Shown here in pieces: positions 36,976-46,652 of a DNA stretch of 64,000 bases. The DNA comes from a virus. The notes under the pieces were generated by a model, which saw nothing but the letters and a program-made list of their open reading frames with translations, was not told the origin of the DNA and did no database searches. How positions within the stretch are numbered: the stretch's first letter is position 1; each line of letters starts with the position of its first letter. The translations under genes and the position numbers were made by a program. Location: IMG/VR virus record IMGVR_UViG_3300048834_000246, positions 3,969 through 67,968 of that record. One strand, given 5' to 3'.

Positions 36976-37260
36976 CTATCCTTTCACTTCTGTTTCTTGT
37001 TGAGTAGTTGAAATTTCTTCAAAAAAGTTTGTTACGGGTGGCATTCCTGCGACCCAAATAAACAAGGGTTTTGGGAATGTGAACGTTTCTAATTTATATT
37101 GGAGAACGCGCACGCTTGCAAAATATAGTTCTGATTCTTGTTGAATAGTCTCAATAAAATTTAAGACATACGTGCGTATTTGCTCTTTATCAAGCGATGC
37201 GTAGGAAATAACCTCACTTCCCGTACCCGCGTAATCAACCAACACAATATAAACGAACAC
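36976..37260 (-). CDS. hypothetical protein (94 aa)
   Basis: AGGAGG RBS, within the operon. Confidence 0.6.
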   Translation of the reverse strand: MFVYIVLVDYAGTGSEVISYASLDKEQIRTYVLNFIETIQQESELYFASVRVLQYKLETFTFPKPLFIWVAGMPPVTNFFEEISTTQQETEVKG

Positions 37261-37268
37261 GTTCCCTC

Positions 37269-38906
37269 CTATGCTTCACACACTGCGCACGAAAGAATAT
37301 CAGCACTCTGTGTGTACGACTTTGCTGCATTAAAACCAATTTGGTAATACAGCGACTTGACACCCAACCGCCACGCTTCGAGAACAAGCGCGTTCATATC
37401 CTTGGTGGTTGTGCGGTCAGGATCAATCATTAGATTGAGCGACTGGCTTTGGTCAATAAACTTTTGCCGGTCTGCTGCTTGTGTCACAATCTCCATCGGA
37501 GAAATCTCACTAAATGTTTTATACACCATTTTCTCGTAGTCGTCAAGGTCTAAGTGCTGCACGCTTCCTTGATTAGCGAGGATGCTTTCCCACACGGCTT
37601 CTGTATTCAGCCCCCGCCTTTCCAGGGTAGACATCAAATGCGGGTTTCGGATTGTGTACTTGCCTTTTTGCAAATCTTTGATGTAATAGTTCGACGCGTG
37701 CGGCTCAATGCCTTCCGAGATTTGCCCCAGGATAAACGCCGAGGACTTTGTGGGGGCTACCGCCATAGTTGTTGTGTTTCGAAGCACCCCGTCAAATTCG
37801 TTCGCCCCAAACCATGTTGCGAGTTCAGCGGAGGCGAGATAACTTTTCTCTTGAATGTTTTTGAAAATCTGTTTGTTCAACGTTCGTGCAACCACACTCT
37901 CAAACGGAACCATGCGTGATTGCAGGTACGTGTGATACCCCACGGCTCCGATACCGATAGCCCGGTGCCGTTCCGCGAACCGTACAGCACGTTCCATGTA
38001 AGGTAGCTCTCTCGCTTTAGCGATAAAATCAGTCATCACCGCATCGAGAAAGTACGTCAGAATCTCCACCGCATCTGTGTCTTTCCACTCGTCGTATTTT
38101 GAAATGTTCATGCTGGAAAGATTGCAGACGAACGACTCTTCTTCATTCGACGGGAGCGCGATCTCCGCGCACAGGTTGGATGAATTAATAAGTCCTCTAT
38201 AGGATTCCGGTGCTTGATTATTTACGTTGTCAATGAAAATAATATACGGATACCCTGTGCTAAACCTGGAGTCAAGTACCTTCGCCCATAGCACACGCTT
38301 ATCGTGGTCGCCGCCAATCATCGCGTTCAACCACTCGTCGGTAACAGTAATGCCGAAGGAAATATCTTGAAGTGGGTTTCCTTCCGAACGCGTATTAAGA
38401 AATTCGCTGGCGTCTGGATGTTCGATAGGGAGATACGCGGCAAAACTCCCCCGCCGTGCGGACCCCTGAGAAATGACGTTCATCGTTGTTTCAAACAACT
38501 GCATGAAGTGAACGGCTCCAGAAGAATTACCATTGTTGGTAATAGGTGCCCCGCGATGCCGAAGCTTTCCGAAATAAGCTGATGTTCCGCCGCCAAACTT
38601 AGTCATCATGCCGACCTCGGCCTGGGTAGTCAAGATGGATTCGGTAGTGTCATCAATGTACGAACCGAAACAACTGATCGGAAGACCACGACTCGTACCA
38701 AAATTAGCCCAAATGGGTGTACTAAGGGAGTAGTACCCCTCACTCATATATTGGAAGAACTTATCTTCGAACCACGGAAGGTTGAGAATCCTCCCTGCAG
38801 TTTTCGTAATATGAGCAATACGGTCTTCGGCAGATTGCCCGTTAACCAAGTACCCGCGTGATAAAAATTGCCGACTCTCCGGCGTCAACCACTCAAACAT
38901 AGACAA
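37269..38906 (-). CDS. nrdA: class I ribonucleotide reductase alpha subunit
   Basis: LPISCF, SNLCAEI, VCNL, APT.SS, DQSQSLNL, KSLYY, C-terminal CAVC. Confidence 0.95.
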   Translation of the reverse strand: MSMFEWLTPESRQFLSRGYLVNGQSAEDRIAHITKTAGRILNLPWFEDKFFQYMSEGYYSLSTPIWANFGTSRGLPISCFGSYIDDTTESILTTQAEVGMMTKFGGGTSAYFGKLRHRGAPITNNGNSSGAVHFMQLFETTMNVISQGSARRGSFAAYLPIEHPDASEFLNTRSEGNPLQDISFGITVTDEWLNAMIGGDHDKRVLWAKVLDSRFSTGYPYIIFIDNVNNQAPESYRGLINSSNLCAEIALPSNEEESFVCNLSSMNISKYDEWKDTDAVEILTYFLDAVMTDFIAKARELPYMERAVRFAERHRAIGIGAVGYHTYLQSRMVPFESVVARTLNKQIFKNIQEKSYLASAELATWFGANEFDGVLRNTTTMAVAPTKSSAFILGQISEGIEPHASNYYIKDLQKGKYTIRNPHLMSTLERRGLNTEAVWESILANQGSVQHLDLDDYEKMVYKTFSEISPMEIVTQAADRQKFIDQSQSLNLMIDPDRTTTKDMNALVLEAWRLGVKSLYYQIGFNAAKSYTQSADILSCAVCEA

Positions 38907-38909
38907 CTC

Positions 38910-39896
38910 CTAAAACAGATCGTTACTTGTGACCGATTGTGTACGCTTTGTGTACGCAGTCGATTTTTTTGAAAAAAAGTCAATTGCGACCGTAGCTTGA
39001 AGTTCTTCTTCAAACCATCGAAGATTTTCAGGGCACGGGTTATTAAAGTTCGTTGCCTTTAGATTCATTTGATCCAAACTTTTCCAGATACGAAAACGAA
39101 TAAACTCCTTCACATCCTCACTACGGAGAAAACCCAACGCGTCGTCATCCCCAAAAATGAAATCCACGACATTACATTCCGCTTGGTACGCTTGATTTGC
39201 TTGGGTAAGGAACAGATTCACCCACGAAAGAGGGGTAAAGAAAGTACCGGACTCCCGAGAAAGGGTGTCAATGAGCCAGAAACCAAAGTGGGCGTGAACT
39301 GTTTCTTCCTGTTGGGTGGCTTGCACCACGTTATCAATATCTTTTAATACGTTTCTGTATTTATTAAATGACTTGATAATAAGAAACTGAGAAAATAAGC
39401 TTACATTCTCTACAAGCATAGTAAATAAGGAAATAGACAGAAGAATCTTTTCAATATCACCCCCCATGCTTGTTTCTAGTTTCTTTGTAAGGTAGTTAAA
39501 TCGGTTTGACAGGACCGGAGAATTGAGGGATTCCTGAAAGTCGTCCTCGATACCAAGCACCGTTAACAGGTGAGAATACGCATCAGCGTGTCGCACCTCG
39601 GACTCAGCAAACACAGCTCCGACTTGCTCAATTTCTGGCTTCGGAAACATCGTTCCGATGTTTCCCCAAAACCGTTTCACCGCAATCTCTACCTGGGAGA
39701 TAGCGAACAATGCTCGTGTGATAACACCGCGTTCATAGGAACTGATGTTGGTGTAATAATCTTGAATATCACTGGTGAAGCTCCACTCGCTCACAAGCCA
39801 ATAACTGTGTTGAATAGCTTCTTTATAACCGGAAACGTCATATTCAAACGGCTTGAAGCTTTGACGTGGAAGACAAATATTCGGAGTAATAGACAC
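38910..39896 (-). CDS. nrdB: class I ribonucleotide reductase beta subunit
   Basis: EVRHADAY, ENVSLFSQF, EETVH, DFF. Confidence 0.95.
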   Translation of the reverse strand: MSITPNICLPRQSFKPFEYDVSGYKEAIQHSYWLVSEWSFTSDIQDYYTNISSYERGVITRALFAISQVEIAVKRFWGNIGTMFPKPEIEQVGAVFAESEVRHADAYSHLLTVLGIEDDFQESLNSPVLSNRFNYLTKKLETSMGGDIEKILLSISLFTMLVENVSLFSQFLIIKSFNKYRNVLKDIDNVVQATQQEETVHAHFGFWLIDTLSRESGTFFTPLSWVNLFLTQANQAYQAECNVVDFIFGDDDALGFLRSEDVKEFIRFRIWKSLDQMNLKATNFNNPCPENLRWFEEELQATVAIDFFSKKSTAYTKRTQSVTSNDLF

Positions 39897-40002
39897 GAAT
39901 AATCCTTTCTCTACGAAGGTAAGACTTCTATTATAACAAAAGCTAGGGTCAGAATCTAGTACCTAACCCCAGCCATTAGTCCCATAGTTTTAGTTAATTA
40001 TG

Positions 40003-40902
40003 TTAGTCTGTGACAAAACACCCACAACCCCCAACATCTGAAAAATCTATATCTTTCTGGTTCTTTTCTAAACGCTCCCGTAGAGCGTGCAAGGTCAGTG
40101 GTTTTGTATCCCCCCCTCTCCTGTCTCGAAGAATTGCTACCTTGCTACCAATAAACTCTTGAAATTCTAATTCTTTTCGTTCGTGGTAAAGGTACAGTGG
40201 TTTATTTGTTTTCAGTAAATTTGCGAAATGACCGGCTCCCGCTCGGACACAAAACCCCCCGCAATTATTGTGGGTAAACCCTTGTTCGTACAATGCGGGT
40301 AGTTTGATATTGTGTTCGTGAAGAATAGTAATCATTTCTGTTTTCGTCAGAAACGGTTCTTCACACATCGGGAATTCAACCAGGTATGGAAACCAGTTTG
40401 CTGTCGGTGCTTTTTTTCGATGTTGTTCTGTCCAATCTATACCTAAATATAGAACGCTTGTCTCCGGAGCAAAGTTTTTTACGATATATTTCCGAGACAT
40501 ATCTTGCTTTAATACGTGCGAACATTTTGCTAACCGAGAATTTCCTAAAAATCTTGTGTCTTTAAAAACATCCCAAGGATCACGTCCGTCAGATAACCAA
40601 ACAAAATGGTCTAACTTTTCGGTTACAGCGTGAGACAATGCAACCAACTGTTTCTTTCGCTCGTCGGGGTTTTCATGTAACTCTTCCAGAAGAGACACAC
40701 GGGTTAGAAGCTCTAATACATCCGCCCCAAAAAGTAAATTGTACGTTTCTAAAAGAAATGTGTAGAGAGATTTATCTTCAATGAGGGTGTCAGTAAAAAG
40801 AAGATACGTATTGTCTGTTCCATACTTTTCAATCACCCGCTGTGCCGTAATAAAACTTCCAATCCCACCGGAATAAAACACGATATGTTTTGTTTGACTC
40901 AT
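40003..40902 (-). CDS. PAPS-reductase-family (PP-loop) Fe-S protein
   Basis: SGGIGS PP-loop, CS..LK, HNNCGGFC, C-terminal GGCGCF. Confidence 0.75.
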   Translation of the reverse strand: MSQTKHIVFYSGGIGSFITAQRVIEKYGTDNTYLLFTDTLIEDKSLYTFLLETYNLLFGADVLELLTRVSLLEELHENPDERKKQLVALSHAVTEKLDHFVWLSDGRDPWDVFKDTRFLGNSRLAKCSHVLKQDMSRKYIVKNFAPETSVLYLGIDWTEQHRKKAPTANWFPYLVEFPMCEEPFLTKTEMITILHEHNIKLPALYEQGFTHNNCGGFCVRAGAGHFANLLKTNKPLYLYHERKELEFQEFIGSKVAILRDRRGGDTKPLTLHALRERLEKNQKDIDFSDVGGCGCFVTD

Positions 40903-43460
40903 GCTTCCTCCCATACTTTTGTGTTACCCCAATTGGAGCCGACTTTGACTTCAATATCTAACACCGCGCCAGAGGGGTTATCAATCGGCCATGTGGTCAT
41001 ATTCCGACGAATAACCTCAATTGCATCAGCTTCTTTTCCTTCTCGCACTTCACATTCAATAGAGTCGTGAACCAGGAACAAGCCTCGTCCGAGATTCTTT
41101 TCTTGAAGTTCGGTGTTGATCTTAATAAACGCAAGAAGGTTTAAATCGGACGCGAAGCTTTGCACAGGGGCATTCACTGACTGGTTCAACACGTTCTGAC
41201 GGTTCTCCCGTGTAATGAGGTTCCATCGACGTACACGTCCAAACGGGGTTCTGCTTCGGCCTTCGGTCAGCGCGATCTTGTGTTGATTAGCATACCATTC
41301 CCGATACTTCGGCGCAACTTCAAACACGCTATCAATAAGAACCTGTGCCGTTTCTTCTGTGATAGGCACCCCTTCGGCGGAAAGGTTTTTTGCGAGTCCC
41401 ATAGCTGAGATACCATAGAACACTCCGAAGTTGGTTGTTTTCGCAATCTGACGTTGTTCATCAGTAACGTCGTCTACCGGAATTTTGAAAATGCGTGACG
41501 CCATTTCCTTGTGAAAATCTCCGGTCATCACAGCTTGTCCAAGCACATCGTCTCCAGACAAGAACCACGCGCACCGGACTTCAAGCTGTGCAAAGTCACT
41601 CGACACCCAGACGTGACCTGGCGATGGAAGGAAGATACGCTTAATTGAGTCGAAACCCCCCTTCAACGTATTCGACCGGGGAATGGTTTGCAACGGCGGG
41701 TTGTGCATCGCCAAACGACCGGTTACAGCCCCACGCAAATCAATGTTCGGATGTACGCGACCATCTGACTTAATATCGTCCACGATGCCCTTAACATACG
41801 TGTTCATCATATGATTCATCAGCGTGAACTCTTCAAGCATCGTTACGAGAGGATGCCCCTTATGCACGTCTCGAAACGCTTTTCCGGTCGTAAGGTTTTT
41901 TGTATCCTCGTCAAATACTTTTTTGAGTTTTAGTGTTTCATACGCGAACGCTTTGATTTGTCCATCTGAGGCCGGGTTCAACGGCTCTTCTTTGTAAAGT
42001 TGCTCCCACCCGATAAACTTTTCTTTATCAACGGGAACGCTAACCATCTGACCGTGTACTTTCTTCCGCTTTATCTCGGTAACGGTTTCATAGCGACGAA
42101 TCTTTTTGTCCTCAACAACTCGTTTCCACCCGTTATCGGCGGCGTATTGTTGAATTGCCTGGCGAGACGCGGCGATCTTCGGAAGCCAAATTTCCCCAAG
42201 CTGTGCAAGATATGTCTGATCGACAAGAATACCTTTTGATTCTACATCAGCAAAGGTTCGTTGTGCCGGTTCAAGAATGTTCCGTACAAGGTCTACCGTG
42301 CCCTCTTCTTCAATGAGTTGTTGCAAAATAGGTTCAACCCTGGATGTGTACACCACATCTAACCCGGCGTATTTTGCAAGAATAGGTCGGGGTACATTTT
42401 CCCACCCGGACTTTCCAACACCGAGATATTGGTGAACCTCGTCTTCATAATATGGAGAATTAAGCCACTCCCGCGAGAGTGTTTTAAGACCAACCTTCCC
42501 CTTGTGTTCAGTAAGTCCTAAAGCCATACACATTGTATCAATGTCGTTAGCCGGTAAAACGTTGAAATACTTTTCAAACCACTGTCGGTCAAACGACATA
42601 TTGTGAATGATCCATGTAAATCTGCTATCGGATAGTAGATTTGCAAACTTACGCTTCAACACCGGATTATTCAAAACATCGTATTCAAATACAGCGGCTT
42701 TTTCAGTATTTCCGATAGCGACCTGAATAAGATAGTTATCAATAACACTAAGCCCGGACGTTTCTACGTCGATAGAAAGCTTATACCCAGCTCGTCCTGC
42801 TAAGAGCGCGTCTAGCACGCCGTTCGCTTGCTCTACACTCTTCACATGGTTTACTGGAATGTTTTCGGTTCGATCCATAATAGACAGTTTGCCGGTTGAA
42901 ATTCGCACAGCGCGGCGAGTTGAGGAAAGAATATCCTCAAAGTTACTTTCGGCTGTTTTATTATTTGCCATAACAGAAGATGGATTATACGTTGGAAGTA
43001 CAGGGGCAGGGAAGAGGGTTGGAAACTCTACTACCCCTTGCACTTCTTTCAATGTTTGCCGCGTATCTAAGGTGCTTCGTGACGCCGTTGTTCCAAGAGC
43101 AAGAATCATGTTTGGTTGAACAAGTTTCAACTCATGGATTAGGCGAGGACGACAACAATCAATAGCTCCTGATGGTGCCGGAATGTCTGTGTAATGAGCA
43201 TCTTGGTTTTGGCACAGTACGGCGTGAGTGGACCATACTGTTTCGAACGACTCACCTTCACGCTTTAAAACATTCTCAAACACAACACCTGAACGACCGG
43301 CAAGAGGGCGTTTCCCACGCACATCAGCGTAGTGAGGCGAATCCGCTACAACCGCAAGAGAAGCATCTACATTTCCATGCCCTAAAATAGGGTTTCGTTT
43401 GTGTCGCAACGGACACACATCACACTTGGCAAACTTTAATGCTTCTAAAGTCGGGTTCAC
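40899..43460 (-). CDS. polA: family A DNA polymerase with an N-terminal UDG-like domain and 3'-5' exonuclease
   Basis: CDVCPL UDG-like region; DVETSG, HNMSFD and YAGLD exonuclease motifs; DFAQLE, R..AK..NFG..YG and VHDSI polymerase motifs. Confidence 0.95.
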   Translation of the reverse strand: MNPTLEALKFAKCDVCPLRHKRNPILGHGNVDASLAVVADSPHYADVRGKRPLAGRSGVVFENVLKREGESFETVWSTHAVLCQNQDAHYTDIPAPSGAIDCCRPRLIHELKLVQPNMILALGTTASRSTLDTRQTLKEVQGVVEFPTLFPAPVLPTYNPSSVMANNKTAESNFEDILSSTRRAVRISTGKLSIMDRTENIPVNHVKSVEQANGVLDALLAGRAGYKLSIDVETSGLSVIDNYLIQVAIGNTEKAAVFEYDVLNNPVLKRKFANLLSDSRFTWIIHNMSFDRQWFEKYFNVLPANDIDTMCMALGLTEHKGKVGLKTLSREWLNSPYYEDEVHQYLGVGKSGWENVPRPILAKYAGLDVVYTSRVEPILQQLIEEEGTVDLVRNILEPAQRTFADVESKGILVDQTYLAQLGEIWLPKIAASRQAIQQYAADNGWKRVVEDKKIRRYETVTEIKRKKVHGQMVSVPVDKEKFIGWEQLYKEEPLNPASDGQIKAFAYETLKLKKVFDEDTKNLTTGKAFRDVHKGHPLVTMLEEFTLMNHMMNTYVKGIVDDIKSDGRVHPNIDLRGAVTGRLAMHNPPLQTIPRSNTLKGGFDSIKRIFLPSPGHVWVSSDFAQLEVRCAWFLSGDDVLGQAVMTGDFHKEMASRIFKIPVDDVTDEQRQIAKTTNFGVFYGISAMGLAKNLSAEGVPITEETAQVLIDSVFEVAPKYREWYANQHKIALTEGRSRTPFGRVRRWNLITRENRQNVLNQSVNAPVQSFASDLNLLAFIKINTELQEKNLGRGLFLVHDSIECEVREGKEADAIEVIRRNMTTWPIDNPSGAVLDIEVKVGSNWGNTKVWEEA

Positions 43461-43854
43461 TGACAATTTTCTCCTTTGCCATATATGCAAGAATGTGAGC
43501 GAACGCATCAATAGAATGTGGCGTTCGTGTGGTTTGTTCTAAAATATCACGCGCTATACCAACATACGCTTTTCGGGTTTGTGGAGTCTGAATAAAGGTT
43601 CGTATTCGTTTTACATAGTACGAATAATACTCAACAAACCCGAGTAATTTAAGCGTATAGGTTGATTCCGATGTTCGATACCCCCCTCCAATAAAGTTCT
43701 CGATAAGAACAATATCAGAGGGGGCGAGATTCTTGTCAATAATTGCAATAAGTTCGTCCGGTGTTGTTGTTTGTGTGACGTACACACTGTTTGTGTATAC
43801 GTCATACAGAGCAACACCGGTCGTAATTCCAGGATCAATAGACAAGATTCGCAC
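43420..43854 (-). CDS. RuvC-like Holliday junction resolvase
   Basis: ILSIDPG.TTG, IE, H..DA. Confidence 0.75.
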   Translation of the reverse strand: MRILSIDPGITTGVALYDVYTNSVYVTQTTTPDELIAIIDKNLAPSDIVLIENFIGGGYRTSESTYTLKLLGFVEYYSYYVKRIRTFIQTPQTRKAYVGIARDILEQTTRTPHSIDAFAHILAYMAKEKIVSEPDFRSIKVCQV

Positions 43855-43859
43855 AGGGT

Positions 43860-44354
43860 TTACCAGCCCGAACTGGCGTCTGCGTTGTCCGTAAGCGGTT
43901 TGACATTCTTAACTTCGTTCCGTTCTCCGTACTGTTCGCCGTTCGGTCCAGTACGTGCGGGACTTACCGTCACTTCAACAGCAACTTCTTGCTGCATCAT
44001 TTGTTCGATGATGGAGTCAAGTGAAACCCACGTTTCGTTCGGTGAAAGATCGGTTTCCTCTTCTTCGTGACTCCAACCGATAACGGCGTTCTCAACGGTG
44101 AAGAAGCTAGGATCAACCCCGGCAGACGTAGCTACCTGTTTGAATCTCCAAAGGGTACTCGGATGGATAATAAGCCGGTCAAAGACTGACCCACCATCAT
44201 GCAAGCGATACCGAACATTGAGCATCGTCGCTCCATTTGTTTTCGGACCCGTGCTCACACCCGGTGTAATGGTGTGAATAACGGCGGGATACGTACCCGC
44301 AGGGATAATTTCAAAACCGTCGTTCTTGGACAAATCTGCTCGAATCGGTGGCAT
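43860..44354 (-). CDS. DUF669-type ssDNA-binding protein
   Basis: FEIIPAGTY, RNEVK, acidic/aromatic tail. Confidence 0.75.
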   Translation of the reverse strand: MPPIRADLSKNDGFEIIPAGTYPAVIHTITPGVSTGPKTNGATMLNVRYRLHDGGSVFDRLIIHPSTLWRFKQVATSAGVDPSFFTVENAVIGWSHEEEETDLSPNETWVSLDSIIEQMMQQEVAVEVTVSPARTGPNGEQYGERNEVKNVKPLTDNADASSGW

Positions 44355-44410
44355 ATCTTCGGCCCCTCCTTAAGAAGCCTATTGTGTATTCAACTGACCC
44401 TATGTCAGCC

Positions 44411-45166
44411 TTACGCTAGAATTGTATCACCTCTCAACCCATTAATCAAGGTTGCAAGTGATGGATTCTCCATTGAATCTGGAACACGTCGTTCCGTAGG
44501 TGGTTGACGAATCTTTGCGACGAAACGACCCGTACCCGCTAGATGAAGAATACGTTTACCGGTTTTCTCGTTCCAAGTAAGGTAGCCGATAGAGTCTACC
44601 GCCGCTCCAACATTTGTACTAGACCCAGGCGTGAGCGCGGGACCGATTCTGACCGCACCAGTAATCTCGTCTTTTGTCTCACGCTCTAGGGCTGTAAAAA
44701 TCGTATGGATTCCTTTAGTGTGCGTCAGCGTTCGGAAGGAACGAACCAGCGTAAGAATCTTATCGTTCGTCTTCCCCCAATCCTGCTGTGTCACCGCGTC
44801 TTTCTGCCCTATCACTGACTTCAACGCCAATGTCTGTGCCTCAGAAAGCGAATCCAGAATGACCGTCTGAAATGAATGATCCTCTGACACGAGAGCTTGG
44901 TAGATTTTTTGAATATCTTCCCATTGCTTCGGTCTAAATACCGAAATGTTGGGCCGGTCGCCAATCGACATTGTACCTCCTTCTAGGTCGATGTATAGCA
45001 CGTCTCGACCGTGTTCCGTGTCCTCCGCAGTACCACACAGTGTGGTTTTACCTGAGCCGGAGACTCCGTAAATGAGCATATTCATCCCCCACTTTTGGGA
45101 AACCTCGGATGCTTTTAACAGCTCGATGTTTCCGAGCTTGGGGGTTACTACTGTTCGTTCCGACAC
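44411..45166 (-). CDS. AAA_24/Sak4-like ATPase
   Basis: IYGVSGSGKTT, IDLEGG, ILDSLSE, QQDWG. Confidence 0.85.
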   Translation of the reverse strand: MSERTVVTPKLGNIELLKASEVSQKWGMNMLIYGVSGSGKTTLCGTAEDTEHGRDVLYIDLEGGTMSIGDRPNISVFRPKQWEDIQKIYQALVSEDHSFQTVILDSLSEAQTLALKSVIGQKDAVTQQDWGKTNDKILTLVRSFRTLTHTKGIHTIFTALERETKDEITGAVRIGPALTPGSSTNVGAAVDSIGYLTWNEKTGKRILHLAGTGRFVAKIRQPPTERRVPDSMENPSLATLINGLRGDTILA

Positions 45167-45345
45167 TTGATTTCCTCCACACGAAACATAATCGCAGCTC
45201 CCATAAGCATGACCCATCCTACAATATAATCTTGCGTAGTTTCTAGAGTTTTCGTTTCAGCTAAACGTGATGAATATATAAACCACAATCCTAAAACCCC
45301 GAAGACATACGGTACGAGGGCGCTCCAGATTTTAAAGAACAACAT
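45148..45345 (-). CDS. small 2-TM membrane protein
   Basis: Two hydrophobic stretches; GGAGG upstream of ATG 45345. Confidence 0.6.
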   Translation of the reverse strand: MLFFKIWSALVPYVFGVLGLWFIYSSRLAETKTLETTQDYIVGWVMLMGAAIMFRVEEIKCRNEQ

Positions 45346-46390
45346 TCGTAAATTCCACCTCCCGTTCATTCTGATTCTGAAAGGATACATTCCCGTCAGC
45401 TTTTCGATAAGACGTGTCAATAATAGATTGTACATCTTCTTTGTTCTGCATAGCAGCACACAGGTTGCGAACGTTACAGTCCCAGGCGCACGTCATTTGA
45501 AAGTTCGGGTACACAACGGCTTGTTCCATATCCTTGACAATTGAAACCAATTGTTCTTCAAACGACGTGCGTTGATTATGGGAAATCGGGACAAAGAAAC
45601 GGACAAAGAAAGGATTGTTTCCACTATTATCTCGTTCGATAATACGAGCTATGATTTCTTCATAGTCAAAAATATTTCCACCCACGCGCTGAATAGCGGT
45701 TACGTACGTTTCGTAATCAAGGGTATCCGACCACGCTTTCGACAACGTACCATTTTTAAGAACGGCTGGCTCTTTCGGGAGCTTGCGATGAATGCCATCA
45801 TAGAGAACGCCGTTGACCGGCTTGCCGGTAAGGTGGGAGAGCGCCCACGCATACCCAGAGAATTGTAGACGATTCTGCAAATCCTCAAAATTCGGACGCC
45901 GATCAAACGTTTTGATTTCCCCAACAAACGTATCTCCTTTCCCATCTTCCATGATTCGGTCAAATGTTCCGAGAAGAAAATGCTCGGTTCCAGGAATCGG
46001 TACACGAAACGTTTGTTCCGCATGAGTAATCGTATATTTCGGAGCTACAGGATTCGTCCCATACTGATTGATATAGCGACCGACAATTTGTACGGCGTTC
46101 ATATATGTATCAGAAAGAATTCCTAGCTCGGTTGAATCGGGGTGAACACCGACAGCTTTAATATAGGCGTCAACATACCTGTTGTGTTCTTTCAAATACT
46201 CCCGTTCCATTGCGGGGATTACAGGATCGCCAGTAGAGAGCGCATTGAGTCCAGAATGAATAAACGTTCCGGCTGAAAGAATCGGACGAGGGAGCGCAAT
46301 CGGTCGCAACCCCCGTCGATTCATAGACGCTATATCCCACTGTCTCCGACACCGGAGAAACTGCGATACTTCTGAAATTGATACGTCCAC
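45332..46390 (-). CDS. PD-(D/E)XK Cas4/RecB-like exonuclease
   Basis: C.R.W, GTFIH, GTFD, EIKT, Q...Y, CAWDC...C. Confidence 0.85.
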   Translation of the reverse strand: MDVSISEVSQFLRCRRQWDIASMNRRGLRPIALPRPILSAGTFIHSGLNALSTGDPVIPAMEREYLKEHNRYVDAYIKAVGVHPDSTELGILSDTYMNAVQIVGRYINQYGTNPVAPKYTITHAEQTFRVPIPGTEHFLLGTFDRIMEDGKGDTFVGEIKTFDRRPNFEDLQNRLQFSGYAWALSHLTGKPVNGVLYDGIHRKLPKEPAVLKNGTLSKAWSDTLDYETYVTAIQRVGGNIFDYEEIIARIIERDNSGNNPFFVRFFVPISHNQRTSFEEQLVSIVKDMEQAVVYPNFQMTCAWDCNVRNLCAAMQNKEDVQSIIDTSYRKADGNVSFQNQNEREVEFTNVVL

Positions 46391-46597
46391 CTACTTTACC
46401 CTTTCTTCAAGAGCGACGTACTTAATCTGTACCCGGTACTCAGGCTTATCTTTATCGAATACAAAGTCTGCGGTAATCTTTTTAATGTCACCCCCACTTT
46501 CTCGAATATCCCGCATCTGTTCGGCACTCACACGCTGTGATTCATTCCCATAAACACTTGTAATAGTTCGAACTCGATGCTCGGCTATTGTAACCAC
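46391..46597 (-). CDS. hypothetical protein (68 aa)
   Basis: GGGAGAGG RBS, downstream of a promoter. Confidence 0.65.
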   Translation of the reverse strand: MVTIAEHRVRTITSVYGNESQRVSAEQMRDIRESGGDIKKITADFVFDKDKPEYRVQIKYVALEERVK

Positions 46598-46623
46598 TTG
46601 CCTCTCCCTTCATCGTTAATATA

Positions 46624-46652
46624 AGTATACACACAAGTCTTCTACTTGTCAA
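46624..46652 (-). promoter_or_regulatory. sigma70 promoter
   Basis: TTGACA-17-TATACT. Confidence 0.8.
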
